From Flavobacteriales bacterium (lineage in GTDB: Bacteria > Bacteroidota > Bacteroidia > Flavobacteriales > UBA7430): a DNA stretch of 64,000 bases. This document shows, piece after piece, positions 29,365-40,652 of the stretch. Numbering within the stretch: the stretch's first letter is position 1; every line of letters starts with the position of its first letter. The notes below the pieces were generated by a model. That model saw only the letters and a list, made by a program, of their open reading frames with translations, did no database searches and was not told the origin of the DNA. Location: positions 52,160 to 116,159 of the forward strand of contig JAKMFX010000012.1 of NCBI GenBank assembly GCA_022425195.1, read 5' to 3'. Both the position numbers and the translations under genes were made by a program.

Positions 29365-30798
29365 TTATTTTTTACGAATTAAAATCATGCCCAAAAAGCA
29401 GAGGAATCCGTTTACAATGAGAAGTTCAAAACCAAACTGAAACTCCCACCAATCGGGTGCTTTCAATTGTAAATAATAACTTATAACAGGGCCTAATAAA
29501 ACAACAGGTACAATCCATTTATCTTTAATATCCCATCGGGTAAACAAACCAAAAGCATACATCCCTAACAAGGGACCATACGTATATCCGGCAACTTTAA
29601 ACAAGGCAGCCACCACACTCTCATCATTGATCATCTTGAACAACAAAATCACCACAAATAAAACGAAAGAGAAAAACAAGTGACTTAGCTTGCGAATTCG
29701 TATATGTTGGGAAGGGTCTTTCTTTTCAATATTCAAAAAATCAACACAAAATGAAGTGGTCAGCGAGGTTAATGCCGAGTCTGCACTAGAATAGGCAGCC
29801 GCAATCAAACCCAATAGAAAAAACAAACCAACAACTACCGGCATGCCCTCGTGCATGGCCACGGCAGCAAACAAATCGTCGCCTGAAGCTTGAAGATTAT
29901 AATGATTGGCATATAGGTAAAGTAAAGCGCCAAGGCCTAAAAACAATAAGTTAACAATCACCAAAACTACACTGAACCAAAACATATTTTTTTGAGCGTC
30001 TTTTAAACTTTTGCATGACAAATTTTTTTGCATCATATCCTGATCCAAGCCCGTCATTACAATCGCAATGAATGCTCCAGCCAGAAATTGTTTGGGGAAG
30101 AAAAGTGGAGAATTTGAATCATCCCAGAAGAAAGTCTTAGAATAGTCCGAAAGAGAAATTTCAGTGAGGGCATCTCTAAAGCTAAAATTTAAAACATCGG
30201 AAATATGATAAAAACACAAACATACAGCCATAATCATGAATAATGTTTGTAGTGTATCGGTCCAGATGATGGTTTTTATTCCAGCTTTATGGGTATATAC
30301 CCAAATAAGAGAAATGGTTATGATAACAGTTACTGCAAAAGGAATGTTCCACAAATCAAAAACAAGTATTTGTAAAATGTTTGCGACTAAAAACAAACGA
30401 AAAGATGCACCTATAATACGGGAAATGAGAAAGTAGAAAGCACCGGACTTGTATGACCAGAAGCCAAATCGCTGATCTAAATATCCATAAATTGAGGTTA
30501 AGTTAAGTCGATAATAAAGAGGCAATAGAATGGTAGCAATGACTGTGTAGCCAAGCAAATACCCAAGAACCATTTGGAAATAGGAAAACTGGCTCGTGGC
30601 CACCCATCCTGGAACAGATACAAAGGTAACACCCGACAAACTTGCGCCAATCATCCCAAAAGCAACGATATACCAGGGTGACTGCCTCTTACCGACAAAA
30701 AAACTATCATTCCCTTGGTCACCAGACGTTAATTTAGAAATGAAAATTAACACGATGAAATAAGCAACCAGAAGGGCAACCATCATTGTTGGAGTCAT
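29365..30798 (-). CDS. Sodium:solute symporter family transporter
   Basis: About 13 TM helices, with the SSF-like N-terminal ...GKRQSPWYIVAFGMIGASLSGVTFVSVPG motif. Confidence 0.85.
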   Translation of the reverse strand: MTPTMMVALLVAYFIVLIFISKLTSGDQGNDSFFVGKRQSPWYIVAFGMIGASLSGVTFVSVPGWVATSQFSYFQMVLGYLLGYTVIATILLPLYYRLNLTSIYGYLDQRFGFWSYKSGAFYFLISRIIGASFRLFLVANILQILVFDLWNIPFAVTVIITISLIWVYTHKAGIKTIIWTDTLQTLFMIMAVCLCFYHISDVLNFSFRDALTEISLSDYSKTFFWDDSNSPLFFPKQFLAGAFIAIVMTGLDQDMMQKNLSCKSLKDAQKNMFWFSVVLVIVNLLFLGLGALLYLYANHYNLQASGDDLFAAVAMHEGMPVVVGLFFLLGLIAAAYSSADSALTSLTTSFCVDFLNIEKKDPSQHIRIRKLSHLFFSFVLFVVILLFKMINDESVVAALFKVAGYTYGPLLGMYAFGLFTRWDIKDKWIVPVVLLGPVISYYLQLKAPDWWEFQFGFELLIVNGFLCFLGMILIRKK

Positions 30799-30868
30799 AA
30801 GCGTATTTTAAAAAATCTAATATAGGATTTACCCTTGATACTTGCAGCTAAAAAACTATTTTTGAAGT

Positions 30869-31486
30869 ATGAATTACTCTTCAAAGTTATTGGAGCAAGC
30901 CGTAGAAGAATTCTCCAAACTCCCGGGAATAGGAAAAAAGACCGCACTGCGATTGGTACTGAATCTTTTAAAACGAGAAAAAGAAGATGTCAATAGATTT
31001 GCTATGGCTCTAAAAAACTTACGTGATGAGATTCGCTATTGTAAAAAATGCCACAACATTTCCGACATTGAAATATGCCAACTCTGTTCCAATCCAAATC
31101 GAGATGGGGCCACACTTTGCGTCGTTGAAGACATTCGCGATGTTATGGCTGTTGAAAACACACAACAATACAAGGGATTATACCACGTATTAGGAGGCGT
31201 TATATCACCTATGGAAGGAGTTGGACCTCAACACCTTAACATCGAATCACTACTAGAAAAAGTAGCCTCTGGAGAAGTTAAAGAAATCATCTTTGCACTG
31301 AGTACTACCATGGAAGGTGATACCACTAACTTTTACATATTCAAGAAACTCAAAAATTATTCTGTAAAGGTGTCTACCATAGCCCGAGGAATAGCCTTTG
31401 GAGATGAACTTGAATATGCAGATGAAATTACATTGGGCCGCTCTATTGCTAATAGACAGCCTTATGAGAGCTCAATAATCAATTAA
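30869..31486 (+). CDS. recR: Recombination protein RecR
   Basis: HhH motif ([12 protein letters not shown]), C4 zinc finger (CKKCHN...CQLC), and a Toprim domain. Confidence 0.95.
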   Translation: MNYSSKLLEQAVEEFSKLPGIGKKTALRLVLNLLKREKEDVNRFAMALKNLRDEIRYCKKCHNISDIEICQLCSNPNRDGATLCVVEDIRDVMAVENTQQYKGLYHVLGGVISPMEGVGPQHLNIESLLEKVASGEVKEIIFALSTTMEGDTTNFYIFKKLKNYSVKVSTIARGIAFGDELEYADEITLGRSIANRQPYESSIIN

Positions 31487-31493
31487 GCTCATC

Positions 31494-33452
31494 ATGAAGC
31501 TAACCATCATAATTGTCAACTATAATGTAAAGCACTTTTTAGAACAGTGCTTAAGATCGGTTCAAAAAGCTCTTCAAAACATAGATGCTGAAGTCTATGT
31601 TGTTGACAATAATTCTGTGGATCAATCCATGGAAATGGTTGCAGAAAAATTCCCCAACGTAAACCGAATCGCCAATAAAAAGAATACCGGATTTTCGGTA
31701 GCCAACAATCAAGCCATTCGAGTAGCGAAGGGAGAATACATCCTCCTTCTTAACCCCGATACGCTCGTTGAGGAAGATACGTTTGAAAAGTGTCTTAACT
31801 TTATGGATGAGCACAGCTTGGCAGGAGGTTTGGGTGTGAAAATGGTCGATGGTAAAGGGAAGTTTTTACCTGAGTCAAAGCGGAGTCTGCCCACACCAAA
31901 AGTCGCCTTTTACAAAATCTTCGGTCTCTCTAATTTATTCCCTAAATCAAAACGCTTTGGAGCCTACCACTTGGGGCACTTATCCAATGATGAAACTCAT
32001 GAAGTTGAAGTTTTGGCCGGCGCTTTCATGCTTTTGCGTAAAAAAGCAATTGACGAAGTAGGGTTTTTGGACGAAACTTTTTTCATGTATGGCGAAGACA
32101 TTGACTTGTCTTATAGAATCGTTAAAGGGGGTTACAAAAACTATTATTTTCCTGAGACTAGAATCATTCACTACAAAGGAGAAAGCACAAAGAAGGGAAG
32201 TTTAAATTATGTTTTCCTCTTCTACAAAGCCATGGTGGTTTTTGCAAAAAAACATTTTTCGCAACAAAATGCTAAGCTCTTTAGCATCCTGATACACCTG
32301 GCCATATACTTGAGGGCTTCCCTATCCGTTATTCGTAGGTTTATCTCTAAAGTCATACTCCCTGTATTTGATTTCGCTTTCATTTTTTCGGGAATGATTT
32401 ATTTGAAAAGGTATTGGGAAGTTAATCACAGATATGTTGAAGGCGGCTCTTATCCAGATGTTTTAACACTGGGGTTAATACCTATGTATATATTGGTTTG
32501 GCTAGCGGTATTTAAGTTAAGTGGTGTATACGACAAACCTTTTAGGGTAAACAAAATAGTTCGTGGCACTCTTTGTGGTCTTTCTACTTTACTCGTGATT
32601 TATGGTCTTTTACCTGAAGCGTACCGATTTTCGAGAGCCTTAATTTTACTCGGATCCGCATGGGCCGGAATTTCTGTAATCATCAGTAGAAATATGCTTC
32701 GACTGACAGGTTTCAAATCCTTTCAGTGGGGAGACCGTCAATCCAAAAGATTTCTCATCATTGGTTCTGAAGAAGAATGCAAGCGAGTTCATGAAATGCT
32801 TCATCAAACCGAAATAAAATCTGGTTTTGTCGGTTTTATACATTCTGAAAAACCCCAAGATCCGGACGAACTTTATGTAGGTGAAAGCCATCAGTTGAAG
32901 GAAGCTATAGACATCTATCAAATTGATGAATTGATTTTTTGTTCAAAAGACTTGTCTGCACAAGAGATCATCAAGCGAATGTCGACGCTTGGAGATCACA
33001 ACTTAGACTTTAAAATTGCTCCTGAAGAAAGTAGATATGTGATAGGATCGAATTCCATCAATTTGAAAGGTGAATACTATGGGGTTGCGCTCAATAGCAT
33101 CAACAAACCCGAAAACCAAAGGAATAAAAGAATGTTTGACATCATTTCGGCGGTCACATTGCTTTTAGGGTTTCCAGTACTGCTTGTCATGGGGGTAAAG
33201 CCAAAAGGTTTATCTAAAAACATTTTCTCTGTTCTCATGGGGCATAAAACATGGGTCTCCTACGATCAATCAACTGACATCATTCACTTACCCAAGCAGA
33301 AAGAGGGCGTCTTAAGTCCTATTTCACATCTGAAATCAAAACCTTCAATCATGACCATTTCAAAACTTAACCTCTTATACGCAAAGGAGTATAAGATGAG
33401 AAATGATCTGAACTTTTTGTTGAGAAATTTAAATCGTTTGGCACGCTATTAG
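31494..33452 (+). CDS. Family 2 glycosyltransferase fused to a polytopic membrane / sugar-transferase-like C-terminal region
   Basis: The N-terminus IIIVNYN...VVDNNSVD...NPDT...EDIDL is GT2. It is followed by several TM helices. A late KRMFDIISAVTLLLGFPVLLV segment resembles the start of bacterial sugar transferases. Confidence 0.75.
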   Translation: MKLTIIIVNYNVKHFLEQCLRSVQKALQNIDAEVYVVDNNSVDQSMEMVAEKFPNVNRIANKKNTGFSVANNQAIRVAKGEYILLLNPDTLVEEDTFEKCLNFMDEHSLAGGLGVKMVDGKGKFLPESKRSLPTPKVAFYKIFGLSNLFPKSKRFGAYHLGHLSNDETHEVEVLAGAFMLLRKKAIDEVGFLDETFFMYGEDIDLSYRIVKGGYKNYYFPETRIIHYKGESTKKGSLNYVFLFYKAMVVFAKKHFSQQNAKLFSILIHLAIYLRASLSVIRRFISKVILPVFDFAFIFSGMIYLKRYWEVNHRYVEGGSYPDVLTLGLIPMYILVWLAVFKLSGVYDKPFRVNKIVRGTLCGLSTLLVIYGLLPEAYRFSRALILLGSAWAGISVIISRNMLRLTGFKSFQWGDRQSKRFLIIGSEEECKRVHEMLHQTEIKSGFVGFIHSEKPQDPDELYVGESHQLKEAIDIYQIDELIFCSKDLSAQEIIKRMSTLGDHNLDFKIAPEESRYVIGSNSINLKGEYYGVALNSINKPENQRNKRMFDIISAVTLLLGFPVLLVMGVKPKGLSKNIFSVLMGHKTWVSYDQSTDIIHLPKQKEGVLSPISHLKSKPSIMTISKLNLLYAKEYKMRNDLNFLLRNLNRLARY

Positions 33453-33535
33453 AGGTAATCGCTACTTTGTTCGAAAGTTCAATTATTGTATCTTCGTCCG
33501 ATGAATGTTAAATTTCAGAAAATCTAAATATATCT

Positions 33536-34849
33536 ATGGCTCAAGTAGAATTAATCATGCCTAAAATGGGAGAAAGCGTTGCAGAAGCAACGGTTATCAA
33601 ATGGCTTAAAAACGTTGGAGAGACCATTGAAATCGATGAATCCGTTATTGAAATTGCAACGGACAAAGTAGATTCTGAGATTCCTTCACCAGTGGAAGGA
33701 ATATTAACCCAACAGCTGTATCGTGAAGATGAGGTTGTACAGGTAGGACAAGCGATTGCCATCATTGAAACAAGTGCCCCCAAAGAAGATTCCACAGCAA
33801 CAAAAAAGCCCGAAGCTTCACCCATAGAAACGACTACTAAAGAAGCGCCGAAGAAGGAGATTGAGATTGCAGAAGAAATGGTTGAGAAGGCCAAAGAAGT
33901 CAATGCGATACCTGAGGGTTCGTCCTCAAATAAATTCTTCTCACCACTCGTAAGATCTATAGCTCAACAAGAAGGTATTGACACCAAAGAGTTAGAAAAT
34001 ATTTCAGGGACTGGGAAAGAAGGTAGAGTGACTAAAAAAGACATTCTAGAATATGTAACCAGCCGAACCAAGTCCCCTACAGAAAAATTAGTAGGCGCTC
34101 CGACTTCAACGACAAATACAGTCGGTATTCCAAGTATGGAGGGTGATGAAATTATAGAAATGGACCGAATGCGCAAAATGATTGCCGATCATATGCTGAT
34201 GTCCAAACAGGTTTCTCCTCATGTAACGTCTTTTGTTGAAGCAGACGTTACCCAACTCGTTAAATGGAGAAACAAAATCAAAGATGAGTTCTTAAGTAGA
34301 GAGGGTGAAAAAATCACCTTCACCCCTATATTCATTGACGCCATTGTTAAAGCCATTAAAGATTTTCCGATGATCAATATATCTGTAGAAGGTACAAACA
34401 TCATTAAAAGGAAACACATCAACATTGGAATGGCTGCAGCGCTACCTTCAGGAAACCTGATCGTTCCTGTTATAAAAGATGCAGATCAAAAAAACCTGAT
34501 CGGACTCACGAAAACAGTCAATGACATGGCCAAGAGAGCTCGGTCTAACAGCCTTAAACCCGATGAAATCTCTGGAGGAACTTTCACCCTAACCAATGTA
34601 GGAGGTTTTGGAAATATAATGGGAACACCGATCATCAATCAACCACAGGTAGCCATTATGGCCGTTGGAGCCATTGTTAAAAAGCCTGCAGTCATTGAGA
34701 CCGAACACGGAGACGTCATTGCCATTCGTCATAAGATGTTCTGTTCTCTTTCCTATGACCACAGAGTTGTTGACGGCTCTTTAGGAGGTATGTTCCTAAA
34801 AAGGTTTTCCGATTATCTAGAAGGTTTTGATCCTGAAACAAATATTTAA
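33536..34849 (+). CDS. 2-oxoacid dehydrogenase E2 (dihydrolipoamide acyltransferase)
   Basis: Lipoyl domain (EIATDKVDSEIPSP), Ala/Pro/Glu linker, E3-binding domain (SPLVRSIAQQEGID), and a catalytic domain with SYDHRVVDG. Confidence 0.9.
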   Translation: MAQVELIMPKMGESVAEATVIKWLKNVGETIEIDESVIEIATDKVDSEIPSPVEGILTQQLYREDEVVQVGQAIAIIETSAPKEDSTATKKPEASPIETTTKEAPKKEIEIAEEMVEKAKEVNAIPEGSSSNKFFSPLVRSIAQQEGIDTKELENISGTGKEGRVTKKDILEYVTSRTKSPTEKLVGAPTSTTNTVGIPSMEGDEIIEMDRMRKMIADHMLMSKQVSPHVTSFVEADVTQLVKWRNKIKDEFLSREGEKITFTPIFIDAIVKAIKDFPMINISVEGTNIIKRKHINIGMAAALPSGNLIVPVIKDADQKNLIGLTKTVNDMAKRARSNSLKPDEISGGTFTLTNVGGFGNIMGTPIINQPQVAIMAVGAIVKKPAVIETEHGDVIAIRHKMFCSLSYDHRVVDGSLGGMFLKRFSDYLEGFDPETNI

Positions 34850-34896
34850 AATCATAGCACCTAAAATCAGTTGATGCTTTACTCTTTAAAAACGTT

Positions 34897-35667
34897 ATGA
34901 ATTTACAGCTTAGCAGACCCTTAGCATTTTTTGATTTAGAGACCACAGGGATTCAAATAGGAAAAGATAAAATTGTAGAAATCTGCATTCTAAAAGTACA
35001 GGCAGATGGTACTGAAGAATGTAAAACTTGGCGGGTCAATCCAGGCATACCAATCCCTAAACAATCTTCTGATATTCATGGCATTACCGACGAAATGGTT
35101 AAAGATTGTCCGCCATTTAGTCAGCTGGCAAACGAAGTACACAATTTCATTAAGGATGCAGACCTATCAGGTTACAACTCTAATCGATTTGACCTACCGC
35201 TATTGGCGGAAGAATTCTTGAGAGCCGATGTGAATTTTGAGATGAAAAACAGGCGCTCCATAGATGTACAATCTGTGTTTTTCAAAATGGAGCCCAGAAC
35301 TTTAACGGCGGCTTACAAATTTTACTGTGATAAAGAACTTATAGGAGCACACGGCGCAGAAGCAGACACAAGAGCTACCTATGAGATTTTAAAAGCTCAG
35401 GTGGAGCGTTATCACGAATTAGATGGTGACTCTGAATCCATGGCAGAATTCACAAAGCCTACACAAGCAAATGCTGACCTAGCCGGAATGATTAAGTTCA
35501 ACAAAGAGGGTCAAGAAATCTTTAATTTTGGAAAACACAAAGGAAAAACAGTTGCCGAGATTTTAGAGAAAGAACCCGGTTATTATTCCTGGATCCAAAA
35601 TGCTGACTTTCCCGCCTATACAAAAAAGGTTTTAACGGCCATTAAACTTCGTAATTTCAACCTCTAA
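34897..35667 (+). CDS. DEDDh 3'-5' exonuclease (DnaQ/epsilon-like) domain protein
   Basis: ExoI FFDLETTG, ExoII YNSNRFDLPLL, ExoIII HGAEADTRAT. Confidence 0.8.
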   Translation: MNLQLSRPLAFFDLETTGIQIGKDKIVEICILKVQADGTEECKTWRVNPGIPIPKQSSDIHGITDEMVKDCPPFSQLANEVHNFIKDADLSGYNSNRFDLPLLAEEFLRADVNFEMKNRRSIDVQSVFFKMEPRTLTAAYKFYCDKELIGAHGAEADTRATYEILKAQVERYHELDGDSESMAEFTKPTQANADLAGMIKFNKEGQEIFNFGKHKGKTVAEILEKEPGYYSWIQNADFPAYTKKVLTAIKLRNFNL

Positions 35668-36266
35668 TGAAAATCATTTGCATCGGTCGAAATTATAGAG
35701 GGCATGATAAGAGGTTCAAAAACCCAGCCCCCAAAGAGCCTATGTTCTTTGTAAAACCTGATACTGCATTACTTCGTACCGACCATTTCTACATCCCCTC
35801 ATACAGCAAGAACATACATTACGAGCTAGAGCTGGTTGTGAAAATTAAAAAAGTTGGAAAATGTATTTCTAAAAAATTCGCACCCAACTATTACGATGAA
35901 GTTAGCATTGGATTGGACTTTACAGCCAGAGACTTACTGGACAAATGCATTAAAAACGGAATGCCTTGGGAACTTGCTAAAGGCTTTGATAGCTCAGCCC
36001 CTATTGGGAAGTGGTACCAAAAAAAAGAACTGAAAAGTTTAGACTTTCACTTATTAAAAAACGGTGAAAAAGTACAGGAAGGCTCACCCTCACAAATGTT
36101 CTTTGACATAGACACGATCATTGAATATGTATCCAAATTCATGACCCTAAAAAAAGGTGATTTAATATATACCGGAACACCTGCTGGGGTGGGTAAAATT
36201 GAGTCAGGAGATCTGTACCAGGGGTATTTAAATGGACAGAAAACATTAGAATTAAGAGTCCTGTAA
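35667..36266 (+). CDS. Fumarylacetoacetate hydrolase family protein
   Basis: KIICIGRNY..., HYELELVV, DFTARD and GDLIYTGTPAGVG are FAH-family blocks. The start overlaps the previous gene's stop (TAATG). Confidence 0.8.
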   Translation: MKIICIGRNYRGHDKRFKNPAPKEPMFFVKPDTALLRTDHFYIPSYSKNIHYELELVVKIKKVGKCISKKFAPNYYDEVSIGLDFTARDLLDKCIKNGMPWELAKGFDSSAPIGKWYQKKELKSLDFHLLKNGEKVQEGSPSQMFFDIDTIIEYVSKFMTLKKGDLIYTGTPAGVGKIESGDLYQGYLNGQKTLELRVL

Positions 36267-36321
36267 ACCATAGATTGCCGAAATATTAATTTGACACTCC
36301 AGCTTCATCAATCGGAAATGA

Positions 36322-37851
36322 TTAGCTTTTTTCTTCGATAATTTCGGCAATTGGACGACCTTCGATATGGCTTTCTAACCAAGAAAGGATGTCTAAATAG
36401 AGAAAAGCTCGCTTTTCATAAGGATGATTTTCATAGTGCTTTAATCGTTCATAAAGCTTTATCAATTCTTCTTTTACTTGATGAGGGAAAATATAACCTA
36501 GCTTTCTAACAAATTTGATTAACTCCTTCTGAACCTCGTATAAGTCATCCATCTTAATCAAAAACTTATAGGTCTCTTTAATTTGCTTGTCAAGATGTAA
36601 ATCAATACCCGATTCATAATGAGCTATAAGACTCAAAACTCGAGAGAAACACATCAAGTCTTCTCTAACATTGAGCGACTTATTATCAATGATTTGACTT
36701 AAAAAATAAATACAATTCTTATAGTCGTCAGAACCAAAATATAGGCATGAAATCTTATAATAAAGAACCATTACGTGGTGATTGTCCAGTCGGTTTTTAA
36801 ACATCTCAACCCCATCTACAATTTCGCCAACCAAATGAATACCCTCATGAAAGTTACCTTTCAAAAAATGCAGATTAAGCTTATTGTTGTACAAATATAA
36901 AAACGACAGTACTTCAATATTATCATTTTTTGGAAACTTTTCAGAGGTAATCGATGCTTCAAAATCCAACAAGGATTGCTCGAGCTTACTTGTATTTCTG
37001 ATGAGATACAAGGACTCCATCAGATAGTGATTTCCACGAATGTAAAACACAGGATTAAGAGCAATCATGGTCCTATTATCATGAAATAAGTCTACCCATT
37101 TTTTAGAATATTTATAACACGATAAAAAATCCTGTACCGTAAAAGCGTACCATAAAAACGTTTTGTACAACCAAAGTTTCTCTCTGAAGCCCATGATGGC
37201 CCAATCGTATATCGGTAATTGCTGTTGAAAAAAGGAAGAAACTTCTTTATGCTCCTTTTCGTTTTTGACATATCCCGTTTTGAGCATTTTACCGTAAAGC
37301 TGAAGAGATAGGTTTGACAATTTACTGGTAAGTGAGTTCTTCGTATTTAAATCTGTGGCTTCCCTAGTGAGCTCCTCGGACCTAGAACCAATACTCCTTG
37401 TAATGTATTGAGATTCAATGATTTTCTCAAACTCAACAATTTCTACAGCGCTATTATTCTCTTGATAATCAAGGGCTAACACTTTAGCTTTTTCAAGAAC
37501 CTTCAAACTTTGTTTATAAAGGCCTTTGTGATACAAAATTGTGGCAAAATCCAATTGCTCCCTGATTTGAGTACGGATATTTTGATGTAATGGGTTTAAA
37601 CGTAAGCTGATTAAAATTTGTTTGTAGAGGTGTGCTTTTAAATTTGAAATTTGAGCTTTTGTTACAATCTCCTTTTTGAGGATAAGGTCTTCATCAAAAA
37701 CCTCACACTTATTCAAATGATCAAACAAAGCAATAAACTTTGAGTCTGTATTTGCCCCCAAACGACCTACGTATAGCTTAAACTGTCTTTTCTCTGACTT
37801 AGAGAGTGACTTTATAAGAACAAATAAAGGATCTTTTTGGTTATTGGTCAT
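36322..37851 (-). CDS. Hypothetical all-helical protein, 509 aa
   Basis: Long ORF with an ATG start and no signal peptide, TM helix or catalytic motif that I recognise. It is divergent from leuA. Confidence 0.5.
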   Translation of the reverse strand: MTNNQKDPLFVLIKSLSKSEKRQFKLYVGRLGANTDSKFIALFDHLNKCEVFDEDLILKKEIVTKAQISNLKAHLYKQILISLRLNPLHQNIRTQIREQLDFATILYHKGLYKQSLKVLEKAKVLALDYQENNSAVEIVEFEKIIESQYITRSIGSRSEELTREATDLNTKNSLTSKLSNLSLQLYGKMLKTGYVKNEKEHKEVSSFFQQQLPIYDWAIMGFREKLWLYKTFLWYAFTVQDFLSCYKYSKKWVDLFHDNRTMIALNPVFYIRGNHYLMESLYLIRNTSKLEQSLLDFEASITSEKFPKNDNIEVLSFLYLYNNKLNLHFLKGNFHEGIHLVGEIVDGVEMFKNRLDNHHVMVLYYKISCLYFGSDDYKNCIYFLSQIIDNKSLNVREDLMCFSRVLSLIAHYESGIDLHLDKQIKETYKFLIKMDDLYEVQKELIKFVRKLGYIFPHQVKEELIKLYERLKHYENHPYEKRAFLYLDILSWLESHIEGRPIAEIIEEKS

Positions 37852-38054
37852 CGTAAAAATATAGATCGTAAAAGCTTATATATCAACATAAAAGCATTAC
37901 AAGTCAAACAGTTAAGTATTGTAATTAATAGAAACCCTTATGGCGCGTTTACAATACCAAATTATAAATTCGTAGTAGATTAAAAAAACGAAAAGACAAA
38001 GTTATTTTTCAAAGGTACTATTTCCCTTTAAAATATCTAATTGAAAACCTATAC

Positions 38055-39224
38055 ATGCCCCAAATGAGTGCTAAAAACGTACAAATTTTCGACACAACCC
38101 TGAGAGATGGAGAACAGGTCCCTGGTTGTAAATTAAACACAGAACAAAAACTTGTCATTGCAGAGCGTTTAGACCAGCTTGGTGTTGACATTATGGAGGC
38201 TGGTTTCCCTATATCTAGCCCTGGTGACTTCACCTCAGTTGAAGAGATTTCTAAGATTGTCAAAAATGCATCTGTATGTGCACTGTCTAGATCTGTTGAG
38301 AAGGACATAAAAATCGCTGCAGAAGCGTTGAAGTATGCAAAACGCCCAAGAATTCACACTGGGATTGGGACTTCCGAGCAACACATCAAGCACAAATTCA
38401 ATTCTACTAAAGAAAAAATTATTGAACGTGGTGTATCAGCTGTAAAGTATGCCAAATCTTTTGTCGAAGATGTTGAGTTTTATGCTGAAGATGCGGGTCG
38501 TACCGATAACGAATATTTAGCACGAGTATGCGAAGCGGTGATCAAAGCAGGAGCAACTGTGTTAAACATGCCTGATACAACAGGATATTGTTTGCCAGAA
38601 GAATACGGTGCAAAGATTAAGTACTTAATGGAAAATGTAAAAGGCATCGAGAATGTCATTATTTCCTGCCACTGTCACAATGACTTAGGTTTGGCAACAG
38701 CCAACTCTATTTCTGGTGTTTTAAACGGTGCACGACAAATTGAATGTACGATTAATGGTATTGGAGAGCGTGCTGGTAATACCGCTTTGGAAGAAGTCGT
38801 CATGATCATGAGACAACATCCTTCCTTAGACCTAAGTACCAATATCAATCCAAAGCTTTTATTTGACACCAGCAGAATGGTCTCTGAAAGTATGGGAATA
38901 TACGTTCAGCCCAACAAAGCGATTGTTGGTGTAAATGCCTTTGCTCACAGTTCAGGAATTCACCAAGACGGTGTCATTAAAAATCGCAAGACCTATGAGA
39001 TCATTGATCCCGACGAAGTTGGGGCATCTGAATCAGCCATTATACTTACCGCAAGGAGCGGTCGCGCTGCGCTCGCTTACAGAGCCAACAAAATCGGTTA
39101 CAACTTGAGTAAAAATGAGTTGGATCACGTTTACAAAGTCTTTCTTTCCTTTGCGGATGAAAAGAAAGAAATTGTCGATGAAGACATTCACGAAATCATC
39201 AAGAAATCAGTTCATATAGCGTAA
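38055..39224 (+). CDS. leuA: 2-isopropylmalate synthase, short form lacking the C-terminal regulatory (LeuA_dimer) domain
   Basis: [10 protein letters not shown], a HMGL-like TIM barrel ([20 protein letters not shown]), and HSSGIHQDG. The protein ends at 389 aa. Confidence 0.9.
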   Translation: MPQMSAKNVQIFDTTLRDGEQVPGCKLNTEQKLVIAERLDQLGVDIMEAGFPISSPGDFTSVEEISKIVKNASVCALSRSVEKDIKIAAEALKYAKRPRIHTGIGTSEQHIKHKFNSTKEKIIERGVSAVKYAKSFVEDVEFYAEDAGRTDNEYLARVCEAVIKAGATVLNMPDTTGYCLPEEYGAKIKYLMENVKGIENVIISCHCHNDLGLATANSISGVLNGARQIECTINGIGERAGNTALEEVVMIMRQHPSLDLSTNINPKLLFDTSRMVSESMGIYVQPNKAIVGVNAFAHSSGIHQDGVIKNRKTYEIIDPDEVGASESAIILTARSGRAALAYRANKIGYNLSKNELDHVYKVFLSFADEKKEIVDEDIHEIIKKSVHIA

Positions 39225-39268
39225 ATTGTGCTCATCTATTGAAGCACTAAAATCTTAAAAACAAAGTT

Positions 39269-40651
39269 TTGAAAAAGACCTTATTTGATAAAGTTTGGGA
39301 TGCTCATGTTGTCAAGGAAATGAAGGACAAACAACAGATCCTTTACATTGACAAACATTTGATCCACGAAGTAACCAGCCCACAAGCGTTTAATGAACTT
39401 GAACAGCGTGGTATTCCTATTTTTAGACCGAACCAAATTGTCGCTACTGCTGACCACAACACACCTACTCTAGACCAGCATTTGCCGGTGAAAGATGAGA
39501 TGTCTAGAAATCAGCTGAATCAGTTGAATAAAAACTGCTCAAAAAACAACATTACGCTGTATGACCTAGGTCACAAATACAATGGGATCGCACATGTAAT
39601 GTCACCTGAATTAGGTATCACACAACCTGGAATGACTATGGTGTGTGGTGATAGCCATACTTCTACACACGGTGCTTTTGGCACCATTGCTTTTGGTATC
39701 GGAACCAGTCAAGTTGCTCAAGTATTTGCGAGTCAAAGTCTACTTCTTCAAAAACCGAAAAGTTTAAGAATTACAGTCAACGGAAAACTAAAACCGGGAG
39801 TACTTCCTAAAGATGTCATTTTATACATCATAGCAAAACTGGGTACCAATTCAGGTACAGGCTATTTCTGTGAGTATGCTGGGTCTGTTTTCGAAGACAT
39901 GTCAATGGAGGGTCGAATGACCGTTTGTAACATGAGTATAGAGATGGGAGCGCGTGGCGGAATGATTGCTCCTGATGAAACCACATTCAACTATATCAAA
40001 GGTCGAGAATTTGCCCCAAAAGGTGATGAATTTGACAAAAAGGTAGCTCATTGGAAAACATTACCTACTGATGAAGGTGCTGTTTTTGATCAAGAATACC
40101 ACTTTGATGCTGAAGATATTGAGCCTATGATTACCTTCGGAACAAATCCGGGCATGGGAATTAAGATCAACGAGAGTATTCCTAGTGAGGACAACGCATC
40201 TTTCGAGAAATCTCTGGCCTACATGGACTTTCAGAAAGGGCAATCCTTAATAGATCAGAAGGTAAACTATGTTTTCATTGGAAGCTGTACCAATGGACGT
40301 ATCGAAGATTTTAGAGCTGCCGCAAAATTTATTGAAGGAAAGGTGAAAGCTGAACATGTAACGGCATGGTTTGTTCCCGGTTCACAACAAGTTGCAAAAC
40401 AAATTGAAGAAGAAGGTTTGAAAGATGTGTTTGAACAAGCAGGTTTTCAACTCAGACAACCAGGCTGTTCTGCTTGTCTGGCCATGAATGATGATAAGAT
40501 CCCAGAAGGAGAATACTGTGTGTCGACTTCAAACAGGAACTTTGAAGGAAGACAAGGACAAGGTGCTCGAACCATTTTAGCAAGCCCACTAGTAGCAGCA
40601 GCTACAGCCATCAACGGGAAAATTATTGACATCACAAAACAATTCGATTGA
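39269..40651 (+). CDS. leuC: 3-isopropylmalate dehydratase large subunit (TTG start)
   Basis: [14 protein letters not shown]-terminus and the aconitase-family Cys ligands (GDSHT, GSCTNGR, PGCSACL). The only start that keeps the conserved N-terminus is the TTG at 39269. Confidence 0.95.
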   Translation: MKKTLFDKVWDAHVVKEMKDKQQILYIDKHLIHEVTSPQAFNELEQRGIPIFRPNQIVATADHNTPTLDQHLPVKDEMSRNQLNQLNKNCSKNNITLYDLGHKYNGIAHVMSPELGITQPGMTMVCGDSHTSTHGAFGTIAFGIGTSQVAQVFASQSLLLQKPKSLRITVNGKLKPGVLPKDVILYIIAKLGTNSGTGYFCEYAGSVFEDMSMEGRMTVCNMSIEMGARGGMIAPDETTFNYIKGREFAPKGDEFDKKVAHWKTLPTDEGAVFDQEYHFDAEDIEPMITFGTNPGMGIKINESIPSEDNASFEKSLAYMDFQKGQSLIDQKVNYVFIGSCTNGRIEDFRAAAKFIEGKVKAEHVTAWFVPGSQQVAKQIEEEGLKDVFEQAGFQLRQPGCSACLAMNDDKIPEGEYCVSTSNRNFEGRQGQGARTILASPLVAAATAINGKIIDITKQFD

Positions 40652-40652
40652 T

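Noticed and set aside
33541-33903. 120-aa minus-strand ORF, and similar antisense ORFs at 41809-42273, 42625-43020 and 43033-43278
   Set aside because: These are shadow ORFs inside confidently identified E2, leuB and ilvD genes, with no motifs of their own.
37940-37975. 11-codon ORF ([11 protein letters not shown]) upstream of leuA, considered as a possible leader peptide
   Set aside because: It contains no run of Leu/Ile/Val codons, and I could not see alternative terminator/antiterminator hairpins following it.
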